From the NCBI GenBank assembly GCA_964016885.1, contig OZ024740.1, forward strand, positions 436,480,001 through 436,544,000: 64,000 nt of DNA, read 5' to 3'. Both the position numbers and the translations under genes were made by a program. The notes beneath the pieces were generated by a model, which did not search any database, was not told the origin of the DNA, and worked only from the letters and a program-made list of their open reading frames with translations. Position 1 is the stretch's first letter. The number at the start of each line of letters is the position of its first letter. The stretch comes from Eledone cirrhosa (lineage: Eukaryota). Shown here in pieces: positions 58,355-64,000 of the stretch.

Positions 58355-60885
58355 TAATTGCCTTATGTTGTTTATTACATAACTATTAAGCTCTGTTACC
58401 TACATAGAGCACTCTTTTTTCCTGGACTTTTCCGACGGAATTACTTCATTTATACAGCTCCAACCGGGATTGATTGAAGCATATTCTATATTACATATAC
58501 GATTGGCATTTTCCAGCCCGATTAGTTGAGCACTCTACAGTTTTCAGGAATTTAACCAACATACACCATGGACCTTTATGAATTGGATTATTCAATCAAA
58601 AATATACCTACTCCTTCCAACACAACTTATACCAAAATGCTTATAGATAAAATCGAACAAGTCGTTAAAAGAATGAGATGGAAGGCAATGGTTTACGATG
58701 GAGTATTCAGTGCTGATACTAATGATTGTTTTGACATAAAATCCCGTAAATATCCACCTAGAATTAAAGACATGGCCAACTTCGAATTAGACCTTGTTAA
58801 TCTAATTAGTGATATCAAATTTCGTAAGTACAATAATAACTTTCAAACTAAACTATCTAACGATATTTCTAATTTTAGAAATTCTACAAACACTTTTGTT
58901 CTTTCTGATAAAACTAAAAATCTCTTTGAAGTTAATAGTACTTTGTATAACCAACTTTTAACTAATAGTATTACCAACAAATATCAATTAACTAATAATA
59001 ATACCTACAATACTATCAATAAAGAAGCTTACTAGCTAGTTCTTTAAAAATAGACAACCGAATTGAAAGCCTAGCTAAGCGTAAAGAATATATTACCCTT
59101 AAAGACCATAAATTGGACTTTACTAATCGACCTAGTTGTAGACTGATTAACCCGGCTAAATCCGAAGTTGGCCTTGCAAGTAAAAAAATCTTAAGAAAAA
59201 TAATTCTCTAAATTAGAACTAACACTGACCTATCACAGTGGCTAAATACTTCCTCTGTTATTTCTTGGTTTAATAATATACAAGGTAAAAATAAGTGTAG
59301 ATTTACCCAATTTGATATTGTTGATTTTTACCCCGCTATTACTGTTTCCTTATTAACTAATGCCTTAGATTTTGCAAGACCCTTCATTAATATTTCTAAA
59401 TTAGAAGAAGACATTATCTTTCATGCTAGAAAAACTTTACTCTTTACTAATGAAAATATTTGGGTTAAAAAGTCAAACCCTGAAAACTCTTTTGATGTTC
59501 CAATGGGTTCATATGACAGTGCGGATGTGTGTGACTTAGTAGGATTATTCCTTCTCCACATCCTCAAAGAGAAATTTCCTTCCCATAATATCGGTTTATA
59601 CGGTGATGACGGATTGGCAGTTTCTCATACCACCAACGGCAATAACCTTGATAAATTCCGTAAAGATTTAATCAAAACTATGGCTAATCATTACCTTAAA
59701 ATCACTATAGATACGAACCATACCAATGCTAACTTTCTTTATATTAATCTTGATCTACTTACCGCCTCTTTTAAACCTTATCATGAACCTAATGAAAATC
59801 TTAGGTATATATACAAAGAGTCTTGCCATCCCCCTATAGTTTTTAATAATCTTATTCCTAACATTAGCCGTAGGATTTCTACCTTATCTTCGTCTATAGA
59901 CATTTTTAATAAAGCCGCCCCTTATTATAATAAAGCCCTTAAGAACAGCGGTTTTACAGAAAAAGTTTTTTATTTACCTCCCTCCCCCCCTTAAAACTAA
60001 CCACAATAACAGGAAAAGGAAAATTATTTGGTTCACACCCCCCTTCTCTCTAACTGTCAAAACTAATGTAGGAAGGAAATTCCTTGAACTCTTAGACAAA
60101 CATTTTCCTCCCAATCATAGATATTATAAGATATTTAGTAGGAACGTAGTTAAGATCAGTTACTCTTGTTGCCCATCTATGAAGTCCAAGATCACTAGTT
60201 CAAAGCATACGAGAACAAATCCAGGATGCAGTTGCAGGAAGCCGGATGAATGCCCATTGCAGGGTAAATGTAACACCAAATCTGTTGTTTATGAGGCTAA
60301 AATAACACCGTTAATCAATAACCAGCCAGCCAGGAGTGAGCGATATGTCGGCATGACCCAGGACAGGTTTAAAACCAGATTTTACTCACATGTCGCTTCT
60401 TTTAAGCACTCCGATAAACGAACATCAACGGCCCTCGCAAGTAAGGTGTGGGAATTCAAGGATAGTAACATCCCGTACTCTATGGATTGGTCTATCTTAG
60501 ACCATTCGAGGGAGTACCAAAGGGGCATAAAGAATTGTTCTTTGTGTACCACAGAAAAATATAGGATTTTGCTAAACTTGAGAGCCACTTCTGCTTGCCT
60601 GAACTCAAAGACCGAGATCTTCAGATGTTGTCCTCATCTGAAATCACATCTGATCTGTAACTGGATTGACACTCCTATGATAAATCAACCGCCTTGAACT
60701 CCTTCTCTGCTCTTTACTTCTATTACGGTTTTTTTACCTTCTGAATCCACGTTCTGTACTCTTGTATTCTTTTTCTCCCTTATCTCCCCTTATATTTCAC
60801 CTTTTCCTATGTCTCCCCCCCCCCCATATATTCTTTTTGCCTTACCCTTCACATACCAAAATGTATGTGTATGTATGTGTATGTG

Positions 60886-60949
<64 letters not shown>

Positions 60950-60985
60950 TGTATATATATGTATATATGTAGATAGACCAGGTTT

Positions 60986-61045
60986 TTTTATTCTGATGAT
61001 TGAAGGCAAAATTTTGTGCTTTTAAGAAACCACTGGTAAATGGAA
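60986..61045 (+). ncRNA. Type I hammerhead ribozyme in 3' pLTR
   Basis: Same motif; differences (ttgaaggca/tgcttttaa) keep pairing through G-U. Confidence 0.82.
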
Positions 61046-61070
61046 TAATTGCCTTATGTTGTTTATTACA

Positions 61071-61151
<81 letters not shown>

Positions 61152-61170
61152 AACAATACAATATAATTAC

Positions 61171-61236
61171 CTCATTACCAGAGGTTTCCCGAATAAGACG
61201 AATACGAAAAACGTCCTCATTCATTCGTCGGACAAG
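61171..61236 (-). ncRNA. Degenerate hammerhead in the 3' region of the minus-strand Naiad
   Basis: Minus strand: cttgt-CCGACGA-..gaatgaggacg...cgtcttattc..-GAAA-cc tct gg-TA-atgag; the core has U4->C. Confidence 0.55.
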
Positions 61237-62487
61237 GCAATTTAAAACAGTGAAATATTTGGAAAGTCTCCTCAAGAAATGCAAAAAATTTATAAATAAA
61301 AGTAATGAAAGAGATATATAAAAAAATATAAGGAAATATAGTTAGGGTATGTGTATATGTATGTATATACACTCACAAATGTACATATGTGTGTATGTAC
61401 AAATGCATGCGTATGGTGAAAATGTGTGCGTAAGTACATATATGAGGGCAAGTATATTTGTGTATATGTGACCACAAATACGTATATAATATGAGTTGAA
61501 AAAGAAAATGTATGATAATAGAGTTGACACGCATCCAGATACAGGTATTAAATACACATACGTGTATGAAAGCACGCGTATAAACACACATACACGCGCG
61601 GTCACTTATATGCGGAAGATAAAGAGGGAAGGGAGTGTAATAGTAAAAAGAAGTGTCATTCTCGATATATGTATAAAAATGAAACAATATATGAGAATGA
61701 AAAATGTTTAAATCAAAGAGAAAGTAATCAATTAACACTAGAGAAAAGAAAACAAACATAGGTACGCACGTACATACACATATATATATAAAAAAATATT
61801 TATACACACAAATACGTACAGACAAAAGCGCATGCATGCGTACATACATACACACGAGGCACGTATATATATATATATATATATATATATCGCCCCATGT
61901 ATATCTAATCACACGCATGTACGCGACTATATACATATATACACACATTTACATACACACCCATACATACATATACATCTATACACATATACATACACAT
62001 ACATATACAATCACCCGCATACACACACTCGTAAAAATAAGAATGTAAAAAACATAGATATAAAAAACATAGATATAAAAACACACATACACACACATAT
62101 ATATACGTACACACGCACACATACGTAGGCGTTCGTATACATATACAGAACGTATACACACATAAGCACACTCAGACACATAGATACAGATTATAAATCA
62201 GCCATATGAATAAATCAGTACAAATATAAAATCGGCTGCGAAACAACAGAATATATCAGGAGTGGAAAACGCAAGTGACAGGTGATATCAGGTAGTGAAA
62301 GAAAATGGGGAAGTAAAATGTAGAATGTGAAGATATTAGGTAAGTGAATCGAAAAGTAGGGGGGGGGGGGTACTGGTGGATGTGAAGTAAAAATAAAAAT
62401 AAAATTAAAAATAAAGTTAAAAATGAAAGTAAATCAGAAAGAGAAATCTGTAAAGAGGATAATTTAAGGAAAGTGAAGAATAAGAGT

Positions 62488-64000
62488 TTATGGAGGATAA
62501 GTATCTGAAAGTGAGTTAAGTTTATATGAGCTGGAAAGCAAGTGTGATTTCATGTGTGGGCAACTAGTGAAAATGTCTGTTTTTGTATTTAGGCAGGTTT
62601 TTGGTGATTTAAGGTTCTGTAAAATCCAATATTTTTCACTTATGCAGAGTGTGCATCTTCTTGTTCCTCTTACATATTCTTTAGATTGGTTCAAAATTGA
62701 CCAATCCAATTTATATTGGATACCTTGGTCTTTCAAATCCCATATTCTGCTAGCCAGAGCTGTTGTGAATCTTTTTTCTGGATGTCGGAAAGATGCGACA
62801 TGTGAGTAATAACGCGTTTTGAATTTGTCTTGTGTCATACCCACATATTGTTCGCTGGTGGCTGGTTGGTTGTTGCTGATGGTTGTCACTTTAGCCGCAT
62901 ATACAATGGCTTTGGTGTTGCAGTTACCTTGTAATGGGCATTCACTTTTGACTCTACAGGAGCAATTTTCATGTTTTCTGGGTGATTTCTTATTGATGAT
63001 ATAAGATTTAATAGGGGGACCGCAGGAGTAGCTAATGTTGACACAGTTTCTATTGAAGATCTTATAGTATCTATGTGTTCTAGGGAAATGTTTATCTAAG
63101 AGCTCTAGGAATTTTTTGCCTACATTAGTTTTAACTGCTAGAGAGTAAGGGGCTGTGAACCAGATTGTTTTTCTTTTCCTATTATTATGATTAAAAGAGT
63201 TAGTATTGTTGGGTATGTACTTAATCGGTTCGCTAAATCCGCTATTTTGAAGGGCTTTATTATAGTAGTGATGCCTTATTGAAAATAGCTTCTGAGGAAG
63301 AGAGGGTGGAGATCCTACGGCTAATATTAGGGATAAGGTTTTTAAAAACTATAGGAGGATGGCAAGAGCCTTTATTTATATATTTTAAATTTTCATTAGG
63401 TTTATGGTATGGTTTATAAGAAGCAGTAGGCAAATCTAGGTTTATATCTAGAAAATTAACATTGGAAAGGTTAGTGTCAATAGTAATTTTAAGATTAAAA
63501 CTAGCGAAGGTTTTTATTAAGTCTTTCCTTAGTCTATCTAAGTTATGACCTATGGTGGTATGGGAAAGTATTAGACCATCGTCGCGATAAAGCCCAAAAA
63601 TATGGTTGGGGAATTTTTCTTTGAGTGTGTGTAGGAGGAATAGGCCGACTAAATCACAAACATCAGCACTGTCAAAAGAGCCCATTGAGACATCGAATGG
63701 GCTCTCTGGGTTAGATATTTTTACTCAAGTGTCATTATCAGTAAAGAGTAGAGTATTTCTAGCATGCAAGATGACATTCTCTTCAATATCAGAAACATTG
63801 GTAAACTTTCTAGCGAAATTTAAGGCTTTCGCTAAAAGAGTCTGAGTGATAGACGGGTAGAAATCTACAATGTCAAATTGGGTGAATCTAGAACTATTTT
63901 TATCTTTAATATTATTAAACCAATGTACTACGGAAGACCTATTTATCCATTGGAGTAATTCAGACTTACTTCTAATCTGTGTGTTTATATTATTTAAAAT
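62488..64000 (-). mobile_element. Penelope-like element (Naiad-type), RT + GIY-YIG; continues beyond the window
   Basis: QFDIVDFYP, MGSFDSADVCDLVG, GLYRDD, CSCR...CPLQGNC, YVG, CTLCISEK; frameshift near 63265. Convergent with the 58282-61075 element across (TA)n. Confidence 0.9.

Larger units (their letters stand above)
58282..61075 (+). mobile_element. Penelope-like element (Naiad-type), degraded, with ~100-bp direct pLTR repeats (58282-58385 / 60975-61075)
   Basis: ORF pieces 58568-60697: YSIKNIP, RMRWKA, SDKT.N, LKDHK, QFDIVDFYP, MGSYDSADVCDLVG, YGDD, IIWFTPPFS, CSCR...CPLQGKC, YVG, CSLC..EK. Stops and frameshifts are present. Confidence 0.9.

Noticed and set aside
58568-64000. Selenocysteine (in-frame TGA) recoding, known from some Naiad PLEs
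   Set aside because: The conserved Cys positions I checked are TGC/TGT, and the interruptions are TAA/TAG and frameshifts.

Overview
AT-rich, microsatellite-rich animal DNA (cephalopod-like by repeat landscape; this is inference). It is almost entirely retroelements, and I see no host gene. There are two compartments. (1) The flanks (1-~14 kb and ~58-64 kb) hold Penelope-like elements (three Naiad-type, one Neptune-type with a 1,021-bp inverted repeat) and small non-coding elements, mostly abutting (TA)n tracts. I found 11 type-I hammerhead ribozyme motifs there by eye. They include a 522-bp tandem retrozyme-like repeat and a U3-A8 core variant. (2) A central ~39-kb nest (18147-57180) contains only a tRNA-SINE, six R4/Dong-clade LINEs (all minus strand; a seventh lies just outside at 16087-18140) and four full-length Tx1/L1-clade LINEs (all plus strand). 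These are separated by short (ATT)n tracts, as if one microsatellite had been repeatedly colonised. Intact ORFs: one Dong ORF (1130 aa), three Tx1 ORF1s and two Tx1 ORF2s, of which only one keeps YADD. All structures and comparisons were read manually; no folding program or database search was run.
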